A stretch of DNA of 64,000 bases from Adineta vaga (Eukaryota; Animalia; Rotifera): the NCBI GenBank assembly GCA_021613535.1, contig CP075496.1, positions 1,116,001 to 1,180,000 of the forward strand, given 5' to 3'. The notes beneath the pieces are model-generated. The model saw only the letters and a list, made by a program, of their open reading frames with translations. It was not told where the DNA came from and did not search any database. The first letter of the stretch is position 1, and every line of letters starts with the position of its first letter. Positions 41,544 to 55,119 of the stretch are shown one piece after another. Both the position numbers and the translations under genes were made by a program.

Positions 41544-43431
41544 GTCAAAACATATTAAAGTATTATTCAGATTGATAAACAATATGTATATCAAGTTGGA
41601 AAAATTTCTCATCAATTAAAGAAATAATATCATAATAAAAGAAAAAACAAAGAGCGGCCATATTCAAGCCGGTACAAATGAAAAAAAAGAAAAACAGATG
41701 CGCAATAAAAGAAACATTACTATCAAAAAAATTTAAGGACACCAGAATCAATAATATTTCTTATAGGGCATGTATTTTTTTATAATTTGGATTAATTTTC
41801 ATTTTATGTTATCTATTCTGATTATACATTAATCAATCGTTTTAACAAAATCCTTAACGATAGCGCATCATAAGCATCGAAAGCTCGTAAAATATAGGAA
41901 ATTTCTTTTTTACTTTCTGCTTCATTTTTCGTAATTGTTGCTTGTATCTCGACTATTTTAAATGACGTTCTTCTTTAATCATTTACGATAAATGATTGGT
42001 TTACATATTAATCTAAGTACATTTTATGAATCAACGTGTAAGATTTTTGTTAATTTCTAATTGGTATGCAATATGAAACATTTTGTACATTGAGTCTTGA
42101 ACAGATTATGTTCTAACAATTGAATTGCAGATTATTTTCTCAAATTTTCAGAACTAGAAATATTGTCTATAAATTCAAGGAAAATTCTGACAAATTTATT
42201 TGAATTGTTGTCAAAGTACGTTTTCTGTCTGACACACCGAAAAACACGATATATTTCTTGTCAACAATATTGACGTAAAAAACGATTTGAAAAAATCTTT
42301 TATTTCTTTTTCAACTAAAGTTTTGAACAGTAAATGAATTGATCTTTTATCACTTATGAATAAATCATTAGGCAGAATATAGAAAGTAAAATGGAATTGA
42401 AATTTATTAGTTGCACATATTAGGAATGTCGAGGAGAATATTCATCATTTTAAACTGAACAATCTTTCAATTTTATAGAAATGAAAAGTATAGTACATGA
42501 AATAAATGCAGGACAAAGGTATATAACTAGTTGAAAATGTCCGTTAATTGTAAATAGTATGAAATTTCTTTTATATTATCCATAATCACTAGTTAATGTT
42601 TTGGAAAGATATCTTAGTCAGATAACTCGTGATGAGAGTGTGTCTTTTATCAATTCTTAGTGAGAGTTAGAACGACGATGAGAGCGAATTTAGCATAATC
42701 AACATGGTCACAGCCGGGACAGTTGAAAACATAAGAATAAATTTAAATATAAAATTAGAAAAAAAATAAAGATTATTCTTTTTATATTTACAATTTTGAA
42801 AATATTCGAAAACGAAAGTTTCATTGCTCTTGTTTCAAAAAGCTCTCATTTAGAAGTAATAATTTTATAATGAAATTCGAAAATAACAATTGAATATTAA
42901 TTGACCATGGAAAAAAAGAATTATTTCGTGCATCTGTTATTTATTTGAAGAGATACTTTCTTTTTTTTATCAAGTTCAGCAAAAAAAAGGGGTTACTGAT
43001 GTGCATTTCTACTTTTTATATCATTTAGTTAGAAATATTCTTATTGCATTCATCAACCTAAATATTTGAACTTTTTTATATAAAAATTTTTATTTAAAGA
43101 GAAATGTCATCGTCATCATCGTTAAAATGTATTAAATAGAATATGAGAGATTTTTATTATCAATAGATTTATATGAGTCATAATGGAGAAATATATACTC
43201 GTCCGAAGAAAAAAGTTAGATTTATGCTATAAAACTAATTTTTTGTCATTTTCGAATATTTACAAGATTCTATATAAATACTTACACTATCAGTATCTTT
43301 GTCTAAATAATATGCATTTAAAATGATATCGATAGCGGAACCATCAGAGTTCGTTTATTTAAATAGATGACAAATATTCTCTTTCAAGAAATATGCAACA
43401 ACACCAACAACAACTAATGAATAAAATAAAT

Positions 43432-43935
43432 TTATGAATATAGATTAATCTTTTTCGTGATAGGTTTTCGACAAATATGACATGTTCTTAATGGATGAGC
43501 ACAATTTGAACACGCTGTATGTCCACATAAAAAAGGAACATTTCGTGATCTTTCAATACAAATAGAACAAGATTGTCCGTCTTCTAATTCTTGTACTTTT
43601 GTTTCCAGATCTCGCACAACTTTATCTATTATTTCTCCATCTGAATTATTAGTTCTAGTTGTTGTTGTTGATGATGATAATCGATGAGTATAACGAGTTA
43701 CACTAACAGATGGACTACTTACTAATTGACCATCTAAATAAATTGAATATTTAGAAAAATCGATTTCTCAAAAATGAATATTTCTTACCATGTGTATATT
43801 TTGCATAAATATTAAGTTGATATATAACACATCGTTTCATTTTGATACAACAATCTTTAAAAGCTATTTTATGTTTACATGGTTCAAATATAAATGGAGA
43901 TTTCAAAAATATGTCTAAGCATAAAATTGGCACTG
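43432..43935 (-). pseudogene. Mind bomb (MIB2)-like C-terminal double-RING fragment
   Basis: The last RING is intact (CSICIERSRNVPFLCGHTACSNCAHPLRTCHICRKPI). The preceding RING has lost zinc ligands (FEPCKHKIAFKDCCIKMKRCVIYQ). No upstream ankyrin/MIB exons were seen. Confidence 0.65.
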
Positions 43936-44473
43936 GAGGAAGACATAGTTTTACTTATTCATACCTACACTTCATATTTAAACATAGATGCCTCCGTATA
44001 TGTGAGTTATAATTAAGTAAGACAAAAAAAAATCTATTCCTATTTTTACAGGAAAGCATATAAATGAACTAAAAATATATCAAATCAAAATTACAGCTAG
44101 TTCTACTATAAACAAAAGTTTTAGTTTTCGTTCTGTTCATTTATTTTCGAAGTTTCAGCAAGCAACTGAATCTTCGTTTATATTCTAACTCGAATTAGGC
44201 AGCTCATGTATTAGTCGTAGCATTTTTAAAGAAGAACAAAATCATATACTAATATTTAATGCTTTATCATCCTCTTGGATATTTTCTATTTGAAATATCC
44301 CAATAAAAGAGATTCTTAAATATATTATCTCGATAAAATATTCTCAATTAATTCTTTAATTTCTACAACAAACAACAAACAACGAACAATAGATAACAAA
44401 AGAAACATGCTGGATTAATAAATGCAGAACTAACATGAAGTGTTTATATATAGGAATGAAATATTTGTTAACT

Positions 44474-45318
44474 TTAATGTTTGCTTGCAGTAACTGAACT
44501 TGATGAGTGAGAACTTGAAGATTTTTCAGTTGTTGTTGCTGTTGTTCCAACAACAGCAGCGATACCAGCAACGTGTGTTTCACCTTGAGCTGTAGCTTCA
44601 GTTCGAATTACCGTTGTTGATGTTGATGTTAATAAGCGATTAGCATCTTCAGCTCCCAAACTAAAATTTCATCAATAAAATTCATTTCAATAAATAAAAT
44701 AACTTACGCAGCAACTTGTTGAGTAATTGCATCAACTTTAGCATTGGCTTGAGCTTGTGCTTCACGTAAAACACCCATTTTCAATCGATTTGCTTCTTCA
44801 TTCAAATCATCAATACGTTTTCGTGCTTCTTCAAGAATTAATTCTTGACGTAAATTTAAATCTTTTTCTAAAACAGCTAAATTTTGTGCTTTAACTGTAT
44901 CAAGTTCTTCAACATATTTTTGTAATTTATGTTTATATTCTTCTTCAATAGCAGCTGAACGTGCATTAGCATCAGATAAAAGATTTCCTTGTTGAGCTTG
45001 AGTTTCAACAACAATTTTAGCAATAGCTGCAGTAACTTCTTCAGAGATTTGTTCTGTTCGGCGACGAGAATATTCATCAACTTGTTGATGAGTTGTACCT
45101 ACACGTAGAAAAGAAATTTTTCAATAAATAATAATTCAATTATCGATTGATTTACCAAGTCTGCTCATTAAATCAGCCATTTTTTGTGTATTTGCCATGC
45201 TAACCTTCGATTGAGTTTCAGTACTAACAATTGATTTAACTGCAATATTTTCTGAAACAGCTGTATGAGCTACTGCTGAACCTGTAGTTGAAGTTGCTTC
45301 ACGTGTAGTAGATGACAT
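44474..45318 (-). CDS. 246-aa hydrophilic protein: Ser/Thr/Val-rich termini flanking a ~130-aa charged amphipathic helix; CAHS/LEA-like candidate
   Basis: Exons 45318-45156, 45098-44708 and 44660-44474 (741 nt, in frame, canonical GT-AG). No C, W, F or P. TATA (CTATAAATA) at ~45456-45464. Confidence 0.8.
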
Positions 45319-46736
45319 ATTTGACAATCTTTTTATGAATTGAAATTGAAAATTTGAATAATCTAAGAAAAAACAAGAATGTTCCAGAGATAAATTTTAT
45401 CTTTCGTCTTGAAAAGAATCAATGAAAAATGAATGTTTATGGACGAATGTTCGACTATTTATAGATGATTCCTTTCACTGTTATCTATCGTACAATGGAA
45501 GCTTATTTCTCTTCTTGTTACACATCAAACACATCTTATCACACATATTTGCTATGGCAATCTTTCACTCTCTCTCTTTCTTTCCTACTGGCTTTTTTTT
45601 ACAATGTACATTGTCGGAATAACATTGTTGAGAAATGAATAACAGACATATCTTATCTTATTATTGGTTCGTTGTGAAATTTTTTTTCTAATGAATGAAT
45701 CAAATCTTAACAAGCATGTGAACAATAACAATCGATGTTCTTCGAGAAAATTCGTTACGAATAAGTCACGAGGTCAAACAATACATCTGTCTTCTCAGAG
45801 GAAATGTTCTGCTTTTGTTTTTTCTATAGATGAATAATACAATAACTTACTCACGATCTCTGTAAAATGGTTCTCGTATCCGTTTCTACCGGTCTCTTTA
45901 AATGGGTAACAAGAGTAAAAAGTATTTCTTCGTTTGATGATAAGAGAAGTAACTGAGTACAAGGAAAGAAAACTTTATCTTAAGTATATAACTATCGAAG
46001 AGCAATCTATTACATGAATTGGTGATTCAGTGTCCAAATTCCAAAAGGAAAATAAAAACAGTATTTTCGATGGTATGGAGAAAAAAACAAGATATTAAAC
46101 ATAGAACTACTCGAATGTGCTTCAATTCCTCTACTACATAGAATGAATCATTTGGCTGATTCTTGTTTTTAGTTGCGTCGTTTGATTATTTATTAGAAAC
46201 ATCTATACTCATTCTGTTTCTTTTCTTTTTTTTACAATGATGTTGTCGGTTAAAAACAACCAATACCAAGTTCAGATATCCCTCCTAACTCTTTGTTATG
46301 AGTCCTGCTTTTTCTTTTTTTCTCTCCTTCCATAGACTAGTCATTCATTCATTCATTCATCACCACGCAGAAGAAAATAGAACGACGTGGCGTGTTTTTT
46401 TCGTTCTGTATCGAGAAAGAGAAATAGTCGAGTGGGTATAGTCAACATTCTTGTTCATACGACATGTGAATTTTGAAAATAACAGAAGTTCTATCCCAAT
46501 GATGTTCATTGATAAACCCAGCTCTCTGTGGCAATAGTCGTTGATGATAATTGCACGTAGCAGTGCATTGGCTGAGGGATAAAAAAATTTTACAAGAAAA
46601 TAATTCATCTTGTTCGTTTTCTATTTCATCGTATGTTTTTAAAGTGTACTTATGAATAGATACAAGCACATCATAGACAAAGAAAAAAAAAGAAGAAAAT
46701 TCGAAGAGACAAAAAAAAAAGATCGTATTCGAGTTT

Positions 46737-46759
46737 CACACACACACACACATACACAC
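46737..46759. repeat. (CA)n microsatellite downstream of UBC9
   Basis: cacacacacacacacatacacac. Confidence 0.8.
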
Positions 46760-46863
46760 TCGAACAACATCGAGACAGAAGGAAAAAGAAGAAGACTTGC
46801 GCTCATCGTGCATTTTGTCTGTCCGTTTGTACACATTATAGATAGTCTTTCCTAATAATTTTT

Positions 46864-47635
46864 TTAAATATCCGTTGCTCGAAAACGTGCTGCTTGTTCT
46901 CGAACTCCTATTGAAAAGAAAACAAAAGTTAAGTGAAAGATTCAATATATAAAAGAAATATAATTTACGTTTTTCATATTCAACTTTATCTTGCATATAA
47001 ATTGCATAAGCTTCAGCTTGAGCAGGATCTTTTGGATTGGGCTCATTTAATAATTCTTGAATACCAAGTAGAATTTGTTTAATAGTTATAGCTGGACGCC
47101 AATCTTTTTCTTCATCAAGTAAAGATAAACATACTGTTCCACTCTAAATTATTAAAAGAAAAGAAAAACACGATCATTTGTTTTCGAAGTACAAAAATAT
47201 CTTTACGGGATAAATATTTGGATGAAATAATGGTGGTTCAAATTTACATTTAGGTGGCGTTGATGGATAATCATCTTTGAAAACCATTCCTAAATATAAA
47301 TTCAAATATTTTTATATATTTCTTCAATAAATAGGACGTACGTAGTTTAAATAAACCACCTTCCCATGGTGTACCGGCTTTTCCTAAAAATAGAAATTAT
47401 TTTTCGAAATCAGAACAATTCTTTTAATTATCTACCAGGAATACCACATTCCCAATTGAGAAGATTCAACGTTCCATCAGGATTCTTTGCTGGTCTCTTT
47501 AAAAATAAAAATAAAATTATTGAAATCAAATAGAAAGACAATTCTTTTTCTTCTTACAGCAATAAAACCAAATGGATGATCTCGTCTCCAGGCTTTTCGC
47601 TCTTCTGTTAAACGTGCAGCTGAGATTCCAGCCAT
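46864..47635 (-). CDS. UBE2I: SUMO-conjugating enzyme UBC9, 6 exons
   Basis: [24 protein letters not shown]...[17 protein letters not shown]...[50 protein letters not shown]...VREQA. Confidence 0.97.
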
Positions 47636-48188
47636 TTTCGACAGATAAGAAAATTCTTTTTTTCTCTAAAATAATCTATTGGATTAGAAAATTGAAGAAA
47701 AAAGAAAGAAATCTTTAATCAAGACGAATATTTAACAAAAAAAATGATAACAAAGAAGGATTTTCATACGTAAGCTCATTGGCAATTAGATAGTGTCCAT
47801 TCTCCTCTCTTTAAATTTGCTTTTTCAATTTCATTATTATTTGAATAGGAAATGTTACTTAACTCACGTGAAATTGAATTTGTCAAATCTAAACAAAATG
47901 GAATCTTTAAATATAGATGACGCTAGAAGATATTTTTAGTCTATATTTTTTTTCAAAGTTAAACCTTATGTATCCTAGATGAACTCTAATTTATTTCAAT
48001 ATATGTTTTAATTTTAGTTTTCATCCGAATCAGAACATATTCTTGAAAAATTCTGTATTAAAAGTATCAATGATGAGTCATCGAATTTCAACACATAATT
48101 GTTGTCCTTAAAGATTGGTTGATAATACAACTAAAATAATGTTTAAAATTTGATTAAAAACAACATTTTTCATCGAATTTAAGATCTC

Positions 48189-48779
48189 ATGGCAACTTCG
48201 TGTAATACTCATGCCTATGATGGTAAATTACGTGCTAAATGGTTTGAAATTCGTCCCATGTTACTCGAAAAATATCTTCCGAATTGTCTTTCATTCGATG
48301 ATACACTTAAAGAAATCGAACAATGGCTCGATAAAAAATATTTTAATGTTAAACGAATCGGGCGTGCACGTCGTTCATTAAGAATATTAGCAACTCATCG
48401 AAAAAGTAATTTCGATTCAAGAAATGAAATTGATGTCGAAGAACTTTTACCAATTCTTTGGAATCAAGTGAAAAATCAAGAAGATATTCATGATACATTT
48501 TATGAACAATTCTGTGATATTACCGGAGGAAGTTGTTCACAGGGAAGATCAACAAGACTCTTTCAATTTCTATTTCTTTTCGATTTACCAATTGAAGCAC
48601 CGAAAATAGATGAACAACAAGAAGAAACAACAAAACCATCAACTGAACAAGAAAATGTATCTGAAACAACAAATGAGAATGGATCAGTTGCAGATGAATC
48701 GAAACTTCTAGAAGTGACTAATTTAGAATCAAGTGATTTGTCTTCCGATAAAATCGAATCCATAGATGTTTTAACTTGA
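48189..48779 (+). CDS. Intronless 196-aa protein with CSQGRSTRL motif and acidic tail; function unknown
   Basis: Clean ATG-to-stop ORF with host codon style. Helical domain ends in FCDITGGSCSQGRSTRLFQ. Confidence 0.75.
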   Translation: MATSCNTHAYDGKLRAKWFEIRPMLLEKYLPNCLSFDDTLKEIEQWLDKKYFNVKRIGRARRSLRILATHRKSNFDSRNEIDVEELLPILWNQVKNQEDIHDTFYEQFCDITGGSCSQGRSTRLFQFLFLFDLPIEAPKIDEQQEETTKPSTEQENVSETTNENGSVADESKLLEVTNLESSDLSSDKIESIDVLT

Positions 48780-49561
48780 ATATATTCGATTCTTTCAATA
48801 AGAACCCAAATAATAATATTGTTTTGTGTTTTGGTTTATCTGATGTATAGTTTATGAAATAAATCATGAATATAAAAAAATGTTTCTAAAATATGATCTA
48901 TATTTATCAAGGTAAATGTGTGCGTGTATCATCAATACATAGTTTGTTATAATTTAATTAAAAAGTAATCAAATACGTAACAATAATCTTTGAATTCTCT
49001 AAAGAATACTTTCTAACGTACAAAATCTTTGTTTTATTTCTCTTATTATAATTTCAAATACTTAATTCATCATATTGTTCTGTTGCGTTTATATGATGTA
49101 ACCTTGTCTCATTTTGTATCTAATCAACTAAACAATGAATCTACCTTGACATGCATTTCCGTTGCAAATGTTCTCTGCTCCTAATCTTTATCAAACCTCT
49201 CTTACAGTAAACTACAATCTCTACCGAAAAACTAGTTTGATTGTCTTCATATTGTTAACTAAAAGAGAAAATCGAGGATGTTTCTTTTTCTTCATTTCTT
49301 TACTCATTGTGTATTACGTCAAGAGTCTAGAGAGAGAGAGAAAGAAAGTAATCACAATTTATATGTATTAGAGACAAGTAGAAATGGCATTGTAATTGTA
49401 AAACATTTTCCTTCGTTCTTTTGTTTCATACATTATCAAACAAAAAAAAGGAAGGAAGAGAAAAAAAGTGATAGTAATCATCAAAAAAAGAGAAATCTTT
49501 TTTCAGTCATGTCAAACAAAATTGTAATTGTATTGGTAAGAAATTATCGAAATAATAAACA

Positions 49562-52500
49562 ATGATATTTAAATCTCAGATTTTCATCTGGAATTATCAG
49601 ATTTTATTGATCTATTCTCGATTATATGGTACATTGAATAATGAAGAAAACTCGACTTTTATTTCAATATTATCTTCCAAAGAAACAGATGGTTTTAATT
49701 ATGAATATTTCACTTCAACAGAAACAACAATATTTTCAACGATTGAAGGTAAACGATTTATTTTTCTTCACTGATAAAATGGTTTCATCTTTCCGAAACA
49801 CTTAACACTGCAAAAAGAAACCCCTATGACTAGACTTTTTCTCTCTGAGTTTTACTTTGACTAATGTAATGAAAATGGTGTTAGTCGGTAAGAGATGAAC
49901 TTTGACTTTTTAATTAACCTTAATGTTTTTCTTTTAGTTCCTTTATTCTTCTCAATTATTTCATTAACTATTCGAACATCACGAATCGATCAACAAGACA
50001 GTTTTTATTCAGTAGATATTCTTCTTAATAGTACATGTTCAGCCAAACGAGAATCAAATTTAACATTAACTTTTCAATCAATATCTTCAAATGAAACAAA
50101 ATTTTGTTTATTTTATTCCAAATATCAAACTATAATCACATGTAACAATTTCATCTATGGTAAGAAGAATTTAATTATCAAAAAACTGACTATGATTTTA
50201 ATTGAATAGGTGTTCGTTATACAATCGATGGGCACCTTTTATGTGGAACAAAAAATTTAACTTTATCGCCAAAGAAACAACTCTATGGTAAGATTTATAT
50301 CACTCAACTATCTTTTTTCTTCTTCATAGATGTTATTGTAGAAATTGCTAAACCAAAATATTTAAATTCAACGACTAGTTCAACATCAATTGATACTCTA
50401 TTTTATCTTCCAGGTTTATTTAATCGATTAATAATTGAAATAAATATTGTTAATCGAACATGTTCATTAGAATATTCTTCAATAACTTCTCCTTTTTATC
50501 ATTGTATATTTCCAAGTCTTCCATCAGCTCAATGGTTTGTTTTAACATATTATGTTTTAACAGAAAATCATCAAAAATCATCAGCTGATGTTACGATTGT
50601 CTATACTGGTAGAAATCAAGAGATTTTTTTATAGAAAAAAAAGAAAATAAATATCAAACTTTTATTCTTTTAAGAATTAGAAGATTTATATTTTGGATGT
50701 GAATTAAATAAAAATAATGAACAAATTGATTTTTATTGGACAAATCTTACTGCAATTGGTTATTCGAATATAACAATAACGATTTTAACAGAAGAAAATA
50801 AACAATTTGGAAGTATTTTATGTGATCCATATGCATCTAGAAAGATTTGTTCGACAAAATCTTATCGATTAGAAGCAGGAAGAGAATATCATATTCAAGC
50901 AAAGTTAACAAAACTCCAACCGAATTATAACGGACAAAAAATTGGATCATGTTTGATAAAAACAAGTAAGAAAATGAAATCGAAGAATGATATCCTCTCC
51001 CACAGATAGTCTATCGTCGTAAATAGAGTTCTATTGAAAAGTGTTTTTGTTTTGTATAGATCTTAGTCAAATTCCAATAAATTCAATTGAACATAAAATT
51101 TTCAATAAGACAAATCTTTGGTTATTTTGGATGGAACATCCATTTCATGTTCAAGTTCGATTAAAAAATCTCGAAACGAAATCATTTCATAACCCAATTG
51201 AAACCAAACAAAAAATGGCACTTTTTCTTAATCTAACTGAAGCAAGTGTTTATCAAGTAGAGTTTCATATCTCAAAACCGAATTGGTTAACATTATTTCA
51301 AAGTACCAATTATTATATTCAAACAGGTATTTATTCAATTCTTCAAATGATTTTCAATTAGTTTAAGATATGTTAAGATTTTAAACATTTAATTATTGAA
51401 AATGTTCTTCGACCATCAGATAAAAGTTTAATTATCCATCTAAATTCACATGACTCATCAAAAGTGAAATTAATTTATTGTCTTAAGCAAATCATTGATG
51501 ATGATCTTCAAATTTGTTCATTATCGAATATATTTACTCAACTTCTTTCCGGAATGATTTATAATCTTTCAATAACAATTCATCGAGATTCATTTCAAAA
51601 TAAATTTCATTGGCAAGAACAAACAACCTTCAAATTAGTTAATACAAGTAAATATTTCGTTATTTTACTTTGATTTGATCTTTTAAAGACTATAATAGAT
51701 CCATCAACATTACAAATTCATACCTGGAAAACTGATGAGCATTGTGTTGCAGAACTTGTCAATTCATTTTCGATTTCTTATTCATCGGAATGTTATTCAA
51801 ATGAGAAAATTTTCAATTGTCAAGAACTTCTATGCGGTTGTCGATATCATTATCGAATTCAATTCAATCAAACATATCTAGATTCTCTATGTACGAATAT
51901 CTCATGTGATATTCAACTCAATCATCCAAATACAACAATAACAAAATTTCAAACACGTAAAAAAACAAATGAAAAACCATTGAAAAAAACTTTAAGTTTG
52001 ATGTTTAGCGTTAGAATCAATTCGAAATCTACGAATTACATCTGTTTCACCGATATCACGTGAAATTCATATTGATTTTGATCAACCATCGGGATGTTTC
52101 GATCAATTTGTATTAATATGTGAATTAACATCAATGAAACAACGTAAACTGTTTATTAATTCAACGATTTGTACAGATCTGATTCCCGATGCATTTTATC
52201 GAATATTTGTGGAAACAAAACGAACTGGATGGGAAACAATCACATCGCAAATCATTGAAACACAATTAATTTCTATTCCAAATAATTCACAGAAAAGTAA
52301 AAGATTCCATTTTTCGTAGTCAAAGATATATTATCTTTTATTTCAAAGGTTCTTTTGTTCAATCGATTCTTATTCCTGGAATGATTGGAATTCTAATAAT
52401 TCTTATTTTAATTATTTCTCTTGCTTTTACTCTCGCATATCGACAACGTCGTCGGTAAAAGAAATTGATTTTTTCTTTTATTGATAACATCGAAGATTTC

Positions 52501-54915
52501 TTAGAAAACGTTCAACAAATCAAAATCAGCCACAAATAACAACGATTAGTCATCGAAGAATATCCACGAAATTAAATAATATCGTCAATCAAGTGAACAT
52601 GTAAGTCATTAATTTCTATTCATCATTCAAGGTTAATCAAGATTTCTATTTCAAAATAGATATTCGAAAAATCCGTCTGATGCAAAAAGGTAATAATTAA
52701 AATCATGAAAAATGAATTCGACTTTTCTTTCTTTCTTTTCCTAGAAATGTTTATACATCGAGGTATATGGAATTACAAAATAAAACGAATATAATTCTCT
52801 GTTTTAGACCAATTCGAATAAAAGAACTTCCAGATGAATATGAAGAATTAATCGCGAATAATTATTATAACATTTCCGATGAATTTCATGTTTGTTTCAA
52901 TTGAAATCCTGACAAAAAATGAATTTTTTTCGATTTAGAAACTTCGTCATAGTCTTGAAGAAACATTCGAATTAACACAATGTGATCAATTATTCAAAAA
53001 TCGATATAAAGATATTCTACCTTGTAAATATTTATATTTCTTCAAAATTCTTTCATTTAATTTTCTCCTTTAGATGAACATTCTCGCGTAAAATTAATTC
53101 CTATTGATGATTGTGATTCTGGATATATCAATGCAAACTTTATTACGGTAAATTTGAGAAATTTCAAAAAAAACAAAGAATCAAATGATTGACAACGAAT
53201 TAGGGTTTACATAATCCTCGAGAATATATCGCATGTCAAGGTCCTTTGAAAACAACAATCAATGATCATTGGAGAATGATATGGGAACAAAATGTAATGA
53301 TTATTGTTATGTTGACTGATCTTATTGAACGAGGAATAGTAAGTAAAATGAGAAAGAATAATGATTCTATTTAGTTTTATTACATAAAGTTACAGATTTG
53401 ATCAAAAAAATAACAAAAATATTTCAAATGTTATAAGATAAGAATAAAGCAAAAATAATGATTAGAATAAGAATGATAATCATTGGAGCAGTTTTCTTAA
53501 AAGAAGAGAAACTTGATTTAATCAAGTTTTGATTATTTTTCGATGTTTCTTTTTGATTTAAATGAATAGTTTTATCTTTAATTCGATTGAAATCTTCGTT
53601 TGTTATTATCGTTGGTTTGATAAATGGTTTCGTTAAAGGACTCATGATTAATAAACGTTGAACAAACCAAAATAATTTCGCGTAAGCAGCTGGATTCAAT
53701 GAACAATTGATGCAAGATTCATAACAGTTTATTCGTCGACAAAAAGATCCACTGATTGTTTGTTGAATTTTTGTTAAGATTTCTTCAGATGTTTCACCAA
53801 TTAGAAATGAGATTGAAGTATCAAATTCTAAAGAAATCAAAATGTTTGCAAGATTATTACCCAATTGATCATCAAGAAGATTATGAAATTCTAAACGATC
53901 CATATAAAACCAATTGTTCATTGTAGATTTTGTTAGGAATAGATAGATGAGCTATCGATAAATGATATATATATATATTGAGCGAAACAATGAACGTCAG
54001 ATAACTGTAGGTTAATTAATTGCATCTAGAAAAGAATGCTAATTTGTCAATAGTCGACGGTTGGTTGTAGTTTAGCATTGATTTGAATAGCTTTTGAGAT
54101 TAGATTAGAGAATATAACGTTTTTCGTAACAACATGTATTAAATGAAACTAGTTTTCCTAAATATACTATTAGAATTATAATCTCTCTATTTCGATATTT
54201 TCCATGATTTAAACCGAATAAACATTGTTTTTTTTTGTAGACTAAATGTGACCGATACTGGCCATCAAATTTAGATGAAACGGAAATGTATGGTAATATA
54301 TCTGTATGTGTTACTGATTGTGTACATATGGATTCTTATGATTTACGTTATATTCAACTAAACAAGGTGAAGATTTCATTATAAAGTGTCAACGATAGTA
54401 TTGATAATTTGTTTTAGAAAGATGAAATTCGTTCAATAAAACATTATGCCTTTAAAATGTGGGATGATCACACAGTTCCAACAAATTGTGAACTTTTGAT
54501 TGATTTTATTCGTTTAATTCGTTCGGAATATCGTCCAGAATGTCATGGACCTATTCTAGTTCATTGTAGTGCTGGCGTTGGTCGTAGTGGAACATTTATT
54601 GCTTTAGATCGTTTATTACAACAATTCGATAAAGTTTCATTTTATGGATATTTAGATATTTATGGAACTGTACTTGATATGAGACGATGTCGAGATCGAA
54701 TGGTACAAAATGAAGTAAGTTATTCTTAAGATGAAAGTTTATTAAGAAAAATACATTTAATTAAATAGCATCAATATTTATTTATCTATCGATGTTTAAA
54801 AGAAGAATATGAAAAACGATCAGGTAAATAATATGGATAATTGCATGCAATTAATGTTTTTATATGATTTTCAGGCAATTCTAATCATGCGATTATTGCT
54901 GATGATGCTGTATGA
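49562..54915 (+). CDS. Receptor-type protein tyrosine phosphatase (R3-like: FN3-like ectodomain, TM, single PTP domain), many exons
   Basis: [51 protein letters not shown] and MVQNE-HQY. TM helix at ~52360-52440. Micro-exons at ~52660-52689 and ~52745-52762. Confidence 0.9.
53424..53921 (-). CDS. Nested intronless gene (165 aa, C-terminal TM anchor) antisense within a PTP intron
   Basis: Complete ORF with a C-x4-C-x3-C-x2-C cluster and a hydrophobic tail, inside intron 53339-54240. A TA-repeat/TATA lies ~45 nt upstream. Confidence 0.7.
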   Translation of the reverse strand: MNNWFYMDRLEFHNLLDDQLGNNLANILISLEFDTSISFLIGETSEEILTKIQQTISGSFCRRINCYESCINCSLNPAAYAKLFWFVQRLLIMSPLTKPFIKPTIITNEDFNRIKDKTIHLNQKETSKNNQNLIKSSFSSFKKTAPMIIILILIIIFALFLSYNI

Positions 54916-55119
54916 TTTTAATTTACTTTTAAATAAAAATGTTGTTTTTAAGAAGAAAAAAAATCAATAGAACCGATCGGCAAAAAAAGTGAAAGTGTCA
55001 GTTACAGTTGTATGTCTTGTTTCAATGAGCAATGTATTAAGAAGGAAACAAAAGGGATTTTCAACGTCTAAAAGAAATCTTGTCTAGAAAAGAAATGTCA
55101 GAAGTTTTTCAAGAACAGT

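Noticed and set aside
46360-46855. Cluster of short ORFs on both strands
   Set aside because: Low-complexity UBC9 downstream/3' UTR sequence with microsatellites and no coding signature.
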